Part shown: positions 1 to 9,552 of the stretch, in pieces | Numbering within the stretch: the stretch's first letter is position 1 | How the letters are laid out: every line of letters begins with the position of its first letter | Source of the DNA: a virus | Taxonomy: Duplodnaviria; Caudoviricetes | Virus record (IMG/VR): IMGVR_UViG_3300049988_000245 | Coordinates: 192,001-256,000 of that record | Strand: one strand, 5' to 3' | DNA length: 64,000 bases | Notes under the pieces: model-generated | Seen by the model: only the letters and a program-made list of their open reading frames with translations | Told to the model about the DNA's origin: nothing | Database searches by the model: none | Position numbers and translations under genes: made by a program

Positions 1-45
1 AGTCCCCCGAGGAGGCGTACGCGCTGATCCGCTAGAGAGGCCCCT

Positions 46-306
46 ATGCCTATGACGATCGCCGATCGCGTCCACAACATCGGCAAGAATATCGAGCGGG
101 CCTATAGTCCAACTTCGTCCGAATTCCACCACATGCGGATAGAAGCGACGAAGCGTGCGGGGCTCTATCATGTCGAGGTCAAGGACTTCCGGGCTGTTAT
201 CGATTGGCTCAAGGCCAATGGATACCCGGATTACACGTTTTCGATGGACGATTTTTGGTTCGATGATCCCAACTTGGCGCTCGAAATCAAGATGAGGTTC
301 GGATGA
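46..306 (+). CDS. small protein, 'FKLRW' paralogue family
   Basis: 86 aa; IDWLKANG...FWFDDPNLALEIKMRFG; ATGA overlap with next ORF. Confidence 0.75.
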   Translation: MPMTIADRVHNIGKNIERAYSPTSSEFHHMRIEATKRAGLYHVEVKDFRAVIDWLKANGYPDYTFSMDDFWFDDPNLALEIKMRFG

Positions 307-572
307 CACCGAAAGAGATCATTGAGCAGATCAACGTGGAGGTCCGGCGTAATACCGGCAAGACCGCGCTGCATCCAGAGAATCGCGAGACCATTCGGAG
401 AATGGCGTCTGAGCGTGGGCTCTATAGATTCGAGCCCATCGATACGGAAGATGTCATGGACATCATCGCTTGGATCGAGGTGAACGGAAATCCCCCGTAC
501 GTGTTCTCGTCCCTCGACTGGTGGTTCGAAGACCCGGAACCGGCCAAACAGCTTCGGATGCTTTTTGGTTGA
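303..572 (+). CDS. small protein, 'FKLRW' paralogue family (tandem paralogue of 46..306)
   Basis: 89 aa; shares RGLY..WI..NG.P.Y.F....WWF.D with 46..306. Confidence 0.75.
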   Translation: MTPKEIIEQINVEVRRNTGKTALHPENRETIRRMASERGLYRFEPIDTEDVMDIIAWIEVNGNPPYVFSSLDWWFEDPEPAKQLRMLFG

Positions 573-578
573 TAAATA
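572..578 (+). promoter_or_regulatory. T4-like late promoter core (ATAAATA)
   Basis: ATAAATA 5 nt before ATG 584; the same motif recurs before many structural genes. Confidence 0.6.
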
Positions 579-583
579 AGTGT

Positions 584-940
584 ATGGATATTCGCCAAAT
601 CATCAATCTCGCAGAGGGCCTAAGCGACCCTGCTTATCAAACAATCGTAGAATTTAAGAACTGGTTCAGAGATTCGCGTCTGGACGATTTCGTAGTGATA
701 GATATAGATCATCGCGGAACGCATGTAGTCGCCGTGACCGATCTCGATGTCCCATCGGGAAGCGGCGATCATCACGTGGTGACTGATATCCTATATAAGT
801 TGTGCTTACTTGCGTCCCGGCATAAGACAATGCTGGTGATTGAATCTGATATTGACGCGATCGAAGGTTTCAATATCTCCATGTGGGCTCAAGACCATGG
901 ATTCGAAATGGCCGGTGGCAAGTTAGTCCGTCAGCCGTAA
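584..940 (+). CDS. hypothetical protein, possibly degenerate GNAT fold; MDIRQIINLAE N-terminus
   Basis: ATG 584 after late promoter (track starts at 470); C-terminal LCLLASRHKTMLV...WAQDHGF resembles the GNAT at 31451. Confidence 0.6.
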   Translation: MDIRQIINLAEGLSDPAYQTIVEFKNWFRDSRLDDFVVIDIDHRGTHVVAVTDLDVPSGSGDHHVVTDILYKLCLLASRHKTMLVIESDIDAIEGFNISMWAQDHGFEMAGGKLVRQP

Positions 941-984
941 ATTAAATTTCGACAAATCATGGCCCGAGATTTTATCTTCGGGTC

Positions 985-1383
985 ATGGCAAAGTATATCA
1001 ACGCAACCAACGCGCAGAATAGATTCTCGCTCAACGTAGAGAATCTGGTCTCTAAACTCCACGGAACCTCCGCGCCGGTGGAAGATGCTGTGTATTCGGC
1101 CAAGGTCGATTACGCTGCCCGGACGATCACCTATACGGTCGCCGATATCCAGGGTGGCGTGACCGAAAGATTCTTCGACCATCTTGAGCAAGACCCGATC
1201 CTGACCGTGCGCCTGCGCATGTATCGGCACGGGATGACCGAGGTCGATTACGTCAAGCGGTTCTATGGTGGGCGGATCACCTCACGTTCGGTCAATCTGA
1301 CGTTCGACGAGCCCGGCATGGCCATGCACCGGGTCGTGCTGTCGTTCGAAAGCTCGGAAGTCGAGTCCTTCCTCGGCCAATGA
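985..1383 (+). CDS. hypothetical protein (possible tail-tube-like fold)
   Basis: 132 aa, beta-strand-rich pattern; ATGA overlap with next ORF; function tentative. Confidence 0.55.
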   Translation: MAKYINATNAQNRFSLNVENLVSKLHGTSAPVEDAVYSAKVDYAARTITYTVADIQGGVTERFFDHLEQDPILTVRLRMYRHGMTEVDYVKRFYGGRITSRSVNLTFDEPGMAMHRVVLSFESSEVESFLGQ

Positions 1384-1685
1384 TCTCCTACATCTACGTG
1401 ATCGCCGCGCGCCGCGAAGGCCCGTGCAAGATCGGCCTCTCGCTCACCCCGGAGAAGCGCCTGCGCAAACTCCAGACCGGGCATCCGGAACGGCTCCACC
1501 TGTTCCACCAGATGGAGGTGGATACGCCCAAGGTGGCCCTGTTGGAGCGGATCATCCACAAGACCGTACGGTATCGCCGCACCCAGGGGGAATGGTTCAA
1601 TCTCTCCGTTGAAGACGCTGTGGGAGAAGTTGAGTTTGCTCTAATCCGTTACGGAGATGAGGTCAACCTCCGCAACTTCCTCTAA
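1380..1685 (+). CDS. T5orf172/MUG113-type GIY-YIG-like protein
   Basis: YIYVI...CKIGLS.TPEKRLRKLQTGHP...LERIIH...GEWF signature. Confidence 0.8.
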   Translation: MISYIYVIAARREGPCKIGLSLTPEKRLRKLQTGHPERLHLFHQMEVDTPKVALLERIIHKTVRYRRTQGEWFNLSVEDAVGEVEFALIRYGDEVNLRNFL

Positions 1686-1687
1686 CA

Positions 1688-1694
1688 ATAAATA
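1688..1694 (+). promoter_or_regulatory. T4-like late promoter core
   Basis: ATAAATA in AT-rich gap upstream of GGAG RBS and GTG 1723. Confidence 0.6.
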
Positions 1695-1722
1695 GATTTA
1701 AAGTATTGCTGGAGAATTCTGC

Positions 1723-3456
1723 GTGTCTTTCCTTAATGATATGTTTGGCGGTGCTCGCTCGCCCATGTTGCTCGAAGCGGCCAACTACGCTGACATGTTT
1801 TCCGATGTGGCGCGAGCCCTGAAGCAGCGTTCACCCCTGGTGGACAAGGCGATCGACGAAGCCCGTCACGTTCTGAAGAAGAACGACCGGGTCGTGTGGT
1901 ATCTCAAGCTCTGGAAGGTCGGATTCGTCTGCGCGATGGCGAACAAGCTCCCAACGGGATTCGTCCAGCGTATCGTATCGGATTATGCCCGCCGTGCCGG
2001 GTGGTCGGAGCACGAAGCGAAGACGTTCGGATGGGAGGTGTTCAACGATTCCACCTTGATGGGTCAGTTCCAGCACTACCTGTCCCTGTCTTGCCCGGAG
2101 ATTCAGAACCGAACTTTTCGCCACGAGACGCCAGATCGGATTCTTCACGATTTCGCCAAGGCGGAGAAGGCATGGCAGTCCGAGGTGGACGAGTCGTTCG
2201 AGGATTCGACCGCACATGAGCTTATCCGGTTCCCCAACGGCCTCGCATGGTTCGACCTGAAGCGCCCCACGGATGAGCAGGAAGGCCGCGCCATGGGCCA
2301 CGGAGGCAACTCCCACCGCCACGGCAGCACCGACACGATCCTGTCGCTCCGCCACGTCATCGACCACGGCAACACCCGTCTGCACAAGCCCGTCCTGACG
2401 TTCGTGCTGGACGAGCATGGTCTTCTCGGCGAGATGAAGGGCAAGTTCAACGGCAAGCCCGAGCGCCAGTATCACAATGAGATCGTTGCGCTTTTACAAT
2501 CGCCGATCGTTCACGGTATCAAGGGCGGCGGCTACAAGGCGGAGAACAACTTCCGCGTGGAAGACCTTGATGAGGAGACTCGTGGGGGTCTGATAGATGC
2601 CAAGCCCGAGCTTGGCGGTCTCTATGCGCTCTACCACAAGTACGGAATCCACGATAAGCGGGTTGTCGCCACCCTGGAGGAGCGCCTTCAGGCCGAGAAC
2701 ATCCGCCCGCCGATGATGCGTGTGGATGCACACGGGGACATCACCCTGCAAATCTGGCCCGATCTGGAGAAGTTTGCTGAGCATGCGGATGACGGAATCG
2801 TTGTTGGAATCATCGACATCTTGAACGGTGACCATGACCACTTCGCGGTGATAGACGATCTTGACGATCATGAAGTGATCTCAATTATTTCTGCCCTAAA
2901 TCCCCGCGACTACGCCAAGCTCATGCGAACCCTTCAGGTCCGTGCGGTCGCTGTAACCGATCCGCAATTCCACCGCGCAATGTCCTTGGCTTGCCAGCGT
3001 ATTCGGGCAACCCCATTTTTTGGCATACTGATCGAGGCGGCCAACGAATCCCTTGATGTAACCAAGCATCATCAGGATATTCAGGCTCGTTTGAATGAGT
3101 ACGTAGCCGCTGACTGGTCTTTCGGACACACGCACCAATGGATTGATGTCAAAGACTCAAAAAGCAAGATCGAACTCAAGATTCGAGCGGAAGACCTTGT
3201 CAGCATGGTAACGGCTCCGGATGATGATCATGATGACTACATTCATGCGCTTCATGACATACGTGAGCTTGATTGGGGAACAATTGATTCTCACGTCACT
3301 GCCGAGAATCGTAGAGAGGCTGGACTTTCATCAGAGATTTCATATGATGCAAAGCACAACCTAGAATCGGATACGTTCTTTGCTGAACTTCTTTCTGAAT
3401 CTCTTCTTAACTACGAGCACGCGGGTGCGACTTTTATGAAGAAAGCCGGTCTCTGA
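1723..3456 (+). CDS. large hypothetical protein, putative head-internal protein with PcfJ-like segment
   Basis: 577 aa; N-terminal MLLEAA; EGRAMGH..D.ILSLR...EMKGKFNGKP segment. Confidence 0.7.
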   Translation: MSFLNDMFGGARSPMLLEAANYADMFSDVARALKQRSPLVDKAIDEARHVLKKNDRVVWYLKLWKVGFVCAMANKLPTGFVQRIVSDYARRAGWSEHEAKTFGWEVFNDSTLMGQFQHYLSLSCPEIQNRTFRHETPDRILHDFAKAEKAWQSEVDESFEDSTAHELIRFPNGLAWFDLKRPTDEQEGRAMGHGGNSHRHGSTDTILSLRHVIDHGNTRLHKPVLTFVLDEHGLLGEMKGKFNGKPERQYHNEIVALLQSPIVHGIKGGGYKAENNFRVEDLDEETRGGLIDAKPELGGLYALYHKYGIHDKRVVATLEERLQAENIRPPMMRVDAHGDITLQIWPDLEKFAEHADDGIVVGIIDILNGDHDHFAVIDDLDDHEVISIISALNPRDYAKLMRTLQVRAVAVTDPQFHRAMSLACQRIRATPFFGILIEAANESLDVTKHHQDIQARLNEYVAADWSFGHTHQWIDVKDSKSKIELKIRAEDLVSMVTAPDDDHDDYIHALHDIRELDWGTIDSHVTAENRREAGLSSEISYDAKHNLESDTFFAELLSESLLNYEHAGATFMKKAGL

Positions 3457-3539
3457 TCTGATGGCCCACCAAATGAGCGTTTGACCAAATTGGTTGTACC
3501 AATTATGGTTAACGCTCTGGGGGGCCAGAAGGACGAATC

Positions 3540-3788
3540 ATGACCGATCCAAGGGCCGTGCTGCGCCGCAAGGTCCGCCTGTATGATGCCGACGACTTTT
3601 TCTGGGACGGTACGGTTACGGAGGTCGATGAGACCGCTCTAACCGCACAGGTCGATTACGGCGACTGGATTCAGATGTATCCGATTTCCGATTTGAAAAC
3701 CGTCTGGACAGAGGATGGCTCCTACGAGTGCGTATTGGTACCCCAGAGTTTTGGAACAGTGGTATCCGACTATCGCGAAACGATTTGA
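3540..3788 (+). CDS. hypothetical protein (SH3-like beta pattern)
   Basis: 82 aa with AAGGA RBS. Confidence 0.6.
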   Translation: MTDPRAVLRRKVRLYDADDFFWDGTVTEVDETALTAQVDYGDWIQMYPISDLKTVWTEDGSYECVLVPQSFGTVVSDYRETI

Positions 3789-3812
3789 CAAACTAACGAT
3801 TCGGTGTACTCT
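3785..3812 (+). promoter_or_regulatory. sigma70-like early promoter
   Basis: TTGACA-N16(...TCGGTG)-TACTCT upstream of rIIA. Confidence 0.65.
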
Positions 3813-3841
3813 GATGCGATCAACGGCATTTGAGAGGCACC

Positions 3842-6010
3842 ATGAGCGTATTAGTTCAGCCCAGCACCGAGACCACGGCCGAGCGTAAATTCGGTATGGT
3901 TCAGTCGGGCAAGGGATTCCGGATTCTCTCCTCGACCCTTTACTCGGACAAGGCGTTCGCGATGATTCGCGAAATCCTGTCCAACGCGTTCGATGCCCAC
4001 AACGCGATCGACAAGGGCGACATCCCGTTCCACGTGCACCTGCCGTCTAAGACCGAGCCGTTCTGGGCAGTTCGAGATTTCGGTCCCGGCCTGTCTGATG
4101 AGGATATGGGTCGTATCTACACGGTCTATTTCGAATCCACTAAGGCCCGCCATTCGAAGAAGTTCGCCGGGCAGCTAGGTCTCGGCACCAAAGCGCCGCT
4201 CGCCTTCACCGAGTCGTTCGTCGTCGTCTCGTTCCACAACGGCAAGAAGCGCACCTACACGATCTTCTTCGACTCCGACGACAATCCGACCCTGTCGCCG
4301 CCCCTGGTCACCCAGACCGACGAGCCCAACGGAATCGAGGTGATCGTCAAGGTCGCCCCTGAGGACTTCAAAGAAGTCATCGACAAAACCAGCAAGGCAC
4401 TGTCCTACTACGATCCCATGCCGATCATCACGAACGCCCCCGCCAATTTCCGTCCGGGTCCACCCGATGCAGTGTTCCAGGGCGAGGACTTCGCTCTGAC
4501 CATGCGCGGGCGCGGCTCTCTATACGGATACACGTCCAATCCGGCACGCGCCGTAATGGGCCGAGTGATCTACCCGATCAAGGCCGATATGGTGCCGGGG
4601 CTGACCGAGACCCAGCAGATGCTGCTGGACCAGCCCTTCGACATCCGCTTCCCCATGGGGACGCTCGATTTCGTGCCGAGCCGTGAGGAACTGTCCTACG
4701 ACCGCAACATCACCATTCCGGGAATCAAGAAGGCCGTCGCCAAGCTGGAGCGCGATATCATCGAGGCTCTCACGGTCAAGCTTGCCCCGGCAGAGACCGA
4801 AATGAAGGCCCGTCAGGTGTTTGCCTCGCTCGACGAGAAGGTCCGCACCATCGCGCATAAGCTCGGAGGCGTCCCCTGGAACGGTCTGAATATCGCTGAG
4901 ACGTTCTTCCCCATCAAGGTGCCGAAGGGCGTCACCATCACCTCGTACGAGGCTCGCTCGCGCGGCGTTTCCCGCGATACGAAACAGGCTGGGATGGTCG
5001 CTTGCATCCCCCTGACCAACACCTTCGTATTCGACAACGATCGGGAGAAGTCCAGCGTCCACGGGATGCACGCGTATTGCCGGGACACGCTCGACCGCTA
5101 CAGTGACCGCAAGGGTCCGTACTTCCTGCTGGAGGGAGACGCAAAGAGCCGCGCCGCAATCCTAAAGCGGATCGAGGGGGTCGATACGGGGCCGACCAGC
5201 AAATTCATCCACGAAGTGGCCCGACGCTCCGTATCGGCGAAGAAGGTCTACAACGGCAAGCTCGATAAGGATCACATGCGTGACACGTATGTGAATATGG
5301 AGTTGGGCGGTTTCTACGTGCTGATCGTGAACAACGAACTGTCTCCGGCGGCCCGCTACAACAAGGATCAGTGGGAGAGCGCGCACCGTGCGGCGGTCCA
5401 AGCCAAGCTGTTCGATCGCAATGATCAGGTCGTCGCGGTTCCAGCGTCCCTGTCCAAGCAGTTCGTGAACCATCCGAAGTGGAAGGACTTTTACTTCGGG
5501 ATGCGAGAGCGTGCGATCGAGCGGATCAATGAGACCAAGCCGGAGCAGGGCATCGCAAATTTCAATGCCCTCAGTGCGGTGAAATTCAGTGACCGCGACG
5601 ACTACCGGAACGATGCGACCCGAGTGATCGAAGGGCTTGCCAACGTGCTGGGCAAGGATCACCCGTTCGCGAAGTTCCACAAAAAGATCGTCGCCACCCG
5701 TGACTCCGCCTACGGTGCTGTCCACGATGCGAAGTTGCTGTCCCATCAGTTCGGGATCGACCTGACCCTGCCGAAGCCTAACTACGACTTCGCCGGGGTC
5801 TGGAGCGGCCTGATCAAGCAGTACCCAATGGTCACCGTGCTGCTCGATCTCGGCATCAACATGTACGATGATGATCTGGTCGAAAAGGTCATGGCCAAGG
5901 TCCGGGAATACGTGGAACTCGTCGATGGAAAGAAGGTCGTCGTCCTCTCGCCGCCGATCGCGACCAAGCGGGCCGATCGGATCGACAAGCGCCGGGCGTC
6001 CGGTCGCTAA
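3842..6010 (+). CDS. rIIA: rIIA-like protector protein (GHKL ATPase N-terminus)
   Basis: 722 aa; LYSDK..MIREILSNAFDAH, VRDFGPGLS, ESTK, GQLGLGTK motifs; PSREELSY; GAGG RBS before ATG 3842. Confidence 0.88.
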   Translation: MSVLVQPSTETTAERKFGMVQSGKGFRILSSTLYSDKAFAMIREILSNAFDAHNAIDKGDIPFHVHLPSKTEPFWAVRDFGPGLSDEDMGRIYTVYFESTKARHSKKFAGQLGLGTKAPLAFTESFVVVSFHNGKKRTYTIFFDSDDNPTLSPPLVTQTDEPNGIEVIVKVAPEDFKEVIDKTSKALSYYDPMPIITNAPANFRPGPPDAVFQGEDFALTMRGRGSLYGYTSNPARAVMGRVIYPIKADMVPGLTETQQMLLDQPFDIRFPMGTLDFVPSREELSYDRNITIPGIKKAVAKLERDIIEALTVKLAPAETEMKARQVFASLDEKVRTIAHKLGGVPWNGLNIAETFFPIKVPKGVTITSYEARSRGVSRDTKQAGMVACIPLTNTFVFDNDREKSSVHGMHAYCRDTLDRYSDRKGPYFLLEGDAKSRAAILKRIEGVDTGPTSKFIHEVARRSVSAKKVYNGKLDKDHMRDTYVNMELGGFYVLIVNNELSPAARYNKDQWESAHRAAVQAKLFDRNDQVVAVPASLSKQFVNHPKWKDFYFGMRERAIERINETKPEQGIANFNALSAVKFSDRDDYRNDATRVIEGLANVLGKDHPFAKFHKKIVATRDSAYGAVHDAKLLSHQFGIDLTLPKPNYDFAGVWSGLIKQYPMVTVLLDLGINMYDDDLVEKVMAKVREYVELVDGKKVVVLSPPIATKRADRIDKRRASGR

Positions 6011-6034
6011 AACAAATCGTCAAGACTAAGGGGC

Positions 6035-6325
6035 ATGACGTACGATGGAGTATTAACTACTTCAGAGGATGTCATGCCCCTTAAAGTTACCCATGAAGAA
6101 CGCAATGCCGAGGCCATTCGTATCGCAAAGACTTTCCGTGGGTCGCCCGGCCAGACTCTGGTTGCCGTTCTTGGAGCACTCGGCGCAGAAATCGGAAACG
6201 CCTCTCACCTTGACGCGATCTGGGCCGAGTACTACGCCTCGCAGGCTAGTGCGGAGAATGCTCGCTTGACCTCTGAGATCGCTCGCCTGGAAGGGTCGCT
6301 CGCTGACTACGAGAACAAGTTCTGA
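6035..6325 (+). CDS. hypothetical protein with C-terminal coiled coil
   Basis: 96 aa (alternative ATG 6074 with GAGG RBS). Confidence 0.55.
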   Translation: MTYDGVLTTSEDVMPLKVTHEERNAEAIRIAKTFRGSPGQTLVAVLGALGAEIGNASHLDAIWAEYYASQASAENARLTSEIARLEGSLADYENKF

Positions 6326-6338
6326 CCTGCATCAGACA

Positions 6339-6590
6339 TTGATGATCTACCCCGATGCCCCGGCCGCGCATCGGGAGGTCTTACCCGGCGAGTACGTCAT
6401 CACGGGTATCTCGGCGAAGTGGGAGCAGATTCGCATGGCCGGATACCTGAACTTCACAGTCCGTAGTGCTCAGATGGATATCGTCTGTACCATGGGGATG
6501 GATTTCGAATCCCTCCCTGACTGGTATCAGGAGGTCGTACGCAGCGTCATGCGGCCGGGAGCCGCCATCATCCGTCTGGACAAGCCGTAG
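6339..6590 (+). CDS. hypothetical protein
   Basis: 83 aa filling the gap after 6325; phage-like codon usage. Confidence 0.5.
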   Translation: MMIYPDAPAAHREVLPGEYVITGISAKWEQIRMAGYLNFTVRSAQMDIVCTMGMDFESLPDWYQEVVRSVMRPGAAIIRLDKP

Positions 6591-6595
6591 TCGTC

Positions 6596-6832
6596 CTAGC
6601 ACCACCTGAGGCGAAATGCGAAGGCATCGGCTTCTTCACGGATGAAGATCGACCACGAAAAGGCGTACCAACGGGTGCTATCGATCCCAAATTGTTGTTC
6701 ACACCATTCGTAGGCTTGATCGAAAGTTGCGATCTGGGCTTGTATTTCTTTATCGTCGGCAAAATCGATACAATCATGGTAGAACGACCAACGCGAACCT
6801 GAGTTTATAAAATTAAACTTCAAGGTCTCCAT
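6596..6832 (-). CDS. small protein, 'FKLRW' paralogue family
   Basis: YEWCEQQFG...IFIREEADAFAFRLRWC. Confidence 0.8.
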   Translation of the reverse strand: METLKFNFINSGSRWSFYHDCIDFADDKEIQAQIATFDQAYEWCEQQFGIDSTRWYAFSWSIFIREEADAFAFRLRWC

Positions 6833-6883
6833 CTTCGTCGATGCTCTTCTTCGAGGAATCGAAATTCTTATCCATGGGCGTAT

Positions 6884-7183
6884 TTAGCGCCTGAGTAGGC
6901 TTAACACGGTCATGTCGCGATCGAACTCATCCCGGCTCCCCCGGAGCGTTGCCGAGTACGAGTGCCCACCATCCGAGTGATAATCACAGATCATGGAAAA
7001 CTCATAGGGTGAGTGCACCGGAGTTCCACGGGTGATTCGCCACGTCAGGCCGTCCGGAAACATGTCGTGCCGATTCTGGATGAACAAACCCTGGTAGTCG
7101 TACCATCCATGCTCAAGCTTTTGGACGAGCATGAGTAGGGATTCGGTCAACTCATAGGGGGCTATCGAGTAAAGGGTCCCCAT
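6884..7183 (-). CDS. hypothetical protein, second small family (C-terminal G-x4-F-x2-D-L/M)
   Basis: ATG 7183 overlapping upstream TGA; ends ATLRGSRDEFDRDMTVLSLLRR. Confidence 0.65.
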   Translation of the reverse strand: MGTLYSIAPYELTESLLMLVQKLEHGWYDYQGLFIQNRHDMFPDGLTWRITRGTPVHSPYEFSMICDYHSDGGHSYSATLRGSRDEFDRDMTVLSLLRR

Positions 7184-7572
7184 CAGCGCGGAGTCCGCCG
7201 GGTGTACGTGCCCATACCCTCCCCCAGGGGATCGGAGGCGGGATCGTGGACGTATCCACGCGCGGTCAGGAACGGTACGATTTTCGTCTCCAGCACCTGC
7301 TCCACATATACGCCTCGAATCACAGGGCGTTCGGCCGCGAACCCCTCGCAGAGGTCGAAGAGTTCCCGCATCAGGCCGGTGCGCTGGCGCCGGGCCGTCA
7401 TGTTGGCGATGGTCAGCCAAATCGCGACTTCGCCCTCCGCCATACGCTGACCCAGGCGGAGGTAGGCGTGGAACTGGCTGGCGCGGCCGAACCATGCGGA
7501 TCGCGGGTACCGGAGGTCGTCACGGTCGTACAGGGTGTGCAAACCGGCTTCGATCAGGGTGAGACGGCCCAT
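7183..7572 (-). CDS. GNAT-like acetyltransferase
   Basis: ATG 7572 (TGATG coupling); LTIANM...QRTGLMRELFDLCE...VYVEQVL...FLTARGY. Confidence 0.6.
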   Translation of the reverse strand: MGRLTLIEAGLHTLYDRDDLRYPRSAWFGRASQFHAYLRLGQRMAEGEVAIWLTIANMTARRQRTGLMRELFDLCEGFAAERPVIRGVYVEQVLETKIVPFLTARGYVHDPASDPLGEGMGTYTRRTPR

Positions 7573-7865
7573 CAGCACCACCGGAGGCGAAATTCGAGGG
7601 CCTGGATTTCGTCTCGAATCATCGCCCGTCGTCCCCAGAAGTACCAAGAGAGGTGCTGGTCCTGAAGGTCCCGTTCGGATTTGTATCCATCGGCGGCACA
7701 CACGTTCCCGAAATGCTCCAGGCACCAATCGTACGCCTCCATGATCTGGCGCGGCTCTTCCAGCTTGAACGCGCGATGCTTCGTCGGCGACTCCTCAAAC
7801 GTTGCCACCTCGAACGCTTGGTAGATCAATCCGGCGTGGGTCGTCGGCTTCATCATAATCCACAT
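7572..7865 (-). CDS. small protein, 'FKLRW' paralogue family
   Basis: YDWCLEHFG...AMIRDEIQALEFRLRWC; TGATG coupling at both ends. Confidence 0.8.
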   Translation of the reverse strand: MWIMMKPTTHAGLIYQAFEVATFEESPTKHRAFKLEEPRQIMEAYDWCLEHFGNVCAADGYKSERDLQDQHLSWYFWGRRAMIRDEIQALEFRLRWC

Positions 7866-8104
7866 CAGCACCACCGTAGTCGGAAATCCATCGCGTCAAT
7901 CTCGTCCCGGAAGGCGATCTCCGTTTCCGTGACACGGCACCATCGTCCGCCCCTATGATGCGGCGTCGGCATGCCAAACCGTTCTTTACACCAAGCCACC
8001 GCCTCGGCCACGGCATCTAAGCGGAGGTATTTCCGATCATGAGAAGGGAGGCATTCGAAAACAAAATAGTAGAACCCTTCACGGTCGTAAAAAAGACTGA
8101 ACAT
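7865..8104 (-). CDS. small protein, 'FKLRW' paralogue family
   Basis: VAWCKERFG...IAFRDEIDAMDFRLRWC; TGATG coupling. Confidence 0.8.
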   Translation of the reverse strand: MFSLFYDREGFYYFVFECLPSHDRKYLRLDAVAEAVAWCKERFGMPTPHHRGGRWCRVTETEIAFRDEIDAMDFRLRWC

Positions 8105-8343
8105 CAGACCCACCGGAGCTTGAACATGAAAGCGTCCTGCCGATTGGTCAGATAGACGCGATCAAGCTTGAAATCCCAGCGTTCTTCAAAGTTGGTCACG
8201 AGCCAGTGCATGACCTTGTCGCATTGTTCTACAGTCAGGTACTCCGGACCAGGGTAGTAGAATTGATATGGGAAATCCTCCACCATGAAGTCGTTCATGT
8301 GTGTGCTTAGATCAGCGACGATGAAGCGGACCCCGTCACTCAC
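8104..8343 (-). CDS. small protein, 'FKLRW' paralogue family
   Basis: MHWLVTNFE...VYLTNRQDAFMFKLRWV; GTGA overlap with cca stop. Confidence 0.8.
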   Translation of the reverse strand: MSDGVRFIVADLSTHMNDFMVEDFPYQFYYPGPEYLTVEQCDKVMHWLVTNFEERWDFKLDRVYLTNRQDAFMFKLRWV

Positions 8344-9509
8344 GCGACGGGGGCCTTCTCCAACAACTCCTCACGCGTCATCGTGTAGTCGGAATCCGCC
8401 CACAGATTACGCAGCAGTCCGACCATCTGGCCGACCATCGGCCCCGGCTTGTGACCGGCATCCAGCAGGTCTTGGCCCTTTACGGGGCACTCGGGAATCT
8501 CCCACGCCAACACGTCTCCGTACAGGTACGTGCGGTGCTGCAACAAGGCGAGTTGTGCAACCCAATGACGATCGATCCGATCGAAGGCGAGGTACCTCTT
8601 CAGGTCGGTCATGTCGCGGTATCCCGTGGAGAAATCCACACTGTGTAGATTGTCTGCCAGCCACGCCGCCCGCTTTGCCTCGGCCGTGGAGAACCGCCAC
8701 AGTGTGGACAGCGCACGCACCTGCTCGGGATCGACCGTGAACGCCACCATGATGGCGACCGGGTCCTTCACCACGCCCTCCAGGGCCACCACGTCGCGCC
8801 AGGAGCCGTGTGAGAGCCCGATGTGATGGGCGACGCCCATCCGCATCATCTCGCGCAGCATGTAGCCTCCTGAGGCGCCGACGACGATCTTCGACATCTC
8901 CGACCAGACGCGTTCCTTGGAGATTTTCTTCAGCCCGTGGGCGTTCAGAACCACCGCGTCCACCGTCTCGTCGTCGATCGACATGACGTTGCCGAACCGA
9001 GCCAGGAAACGGAACCACCTCAGGATGCGCAAATAGTCCTCACGCATACGCGCACCCGCATCACCGACGAAGCGAACCACGCCGTTTTCCAGATCGGCCT
9101 TGCCCTCGAAAGGGTCGAACAGGTTGCCGTCGAAATCCATCATCATCGAGTTGATGGTCAGATCGCGACGCATCTGATCGAGTTCCCAATCCCCATGGTA
9201 GGAGACCACGGCGTGGCGCCCATCATGGTCGGTCTCGGTCCGCAGCGACGTAATCTCGAACGGCTCGCCCCCGAGGACCACCGTGATCGTACCGTGCTGG
9301 AGACCCGTGGTGACATAGCGGAAATGATTCTCCGCATAGACCGCCATCTGCTGGTCCGGGGTCGCATCCGTACACAGGTCGATGTCTTTCGGCGTCTGCC
9401 CGCGTAGGGTGTCGCGAACGCACCCACCAACGAGGCGGATGTCGAAGCCAGCCGCCTGAAAGGCAGCGCGGAGAGACAGCAATGCGGGGGTCAAATAAGA
9501 AGGTGCCAT
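8340..9509 (-). CDS. cca: class II tRNA nucleotidyltransferase (CCA-adding enzyme), no HD domain
   Basis: 389 aa; RLVGGCVRD, KDIDLCT, RRDLTINSM, REDYLRILRWFRF, ISKERVWSEM motifs. Confidence 0.93.
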   Translation of the reverse strand: MAPSYLTPALLSLRAAFQAAGFDIRLVGGCVRDTLRGQTPKDIDLCTDATPDQQMAVYAENHFRYVTTGLQHGTITVVLGGEPFEITSLRTETDHDGRHAVVSYHGDWELDQMRRDLTINSMMMDFDGNLFDPFEGKADLENGVVRFVGDAGARMREDYLRILRWFRFLARFGNVMSIDDETVDAVVLNAHGLKKISKERVWSEMSKIVVGASGGYMLREMMRMGVAHHIGLSHGSWRDVVALEGVVKDPVAIMVAFTVDPEQVRALSTLWRFSTAEAKRAAWLADNLHSVDFSTGYRDMTDLKRYLAFDRIDRHWVAQLALLQHRTYLYGDVLAWEIPECPVKGQDLLDAGHKPGPMVGQMVGLLRNLWADSDYTMTREELLEKAPVA

Positions 9510-9515
9510 CCCACA

Positions 9516-9543
9516 AAGATACGTGGAATTGCTAATTAGTCAA
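9516..9543 (-). promoter_or_regulatory. sigma70-like early promoter (probably leaderless cca mRNA)
   Basis: minus strand TTGACT-N16-TATCTT, 6 nt before ATG 9509. Confidence 0.6.
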
Positions 9544-9552
9544 ACCAAAATT

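Noticed and set aside
6814-6876. 20-aa ORF MDKNFDSSKKSIDEDGDLEV behind a CTAAATA core
   Set aside because: Very short and overlaps the start of 6596..6832; the promoter can equally serve the downstream gene.
7572-8343. FKLRW arrays as integron cassettes or DGR products
   Set aside because: The ORFs overlap with no room for attC sites; no integrase or reverse transcriptase in the window; differences are not adenine-specific.
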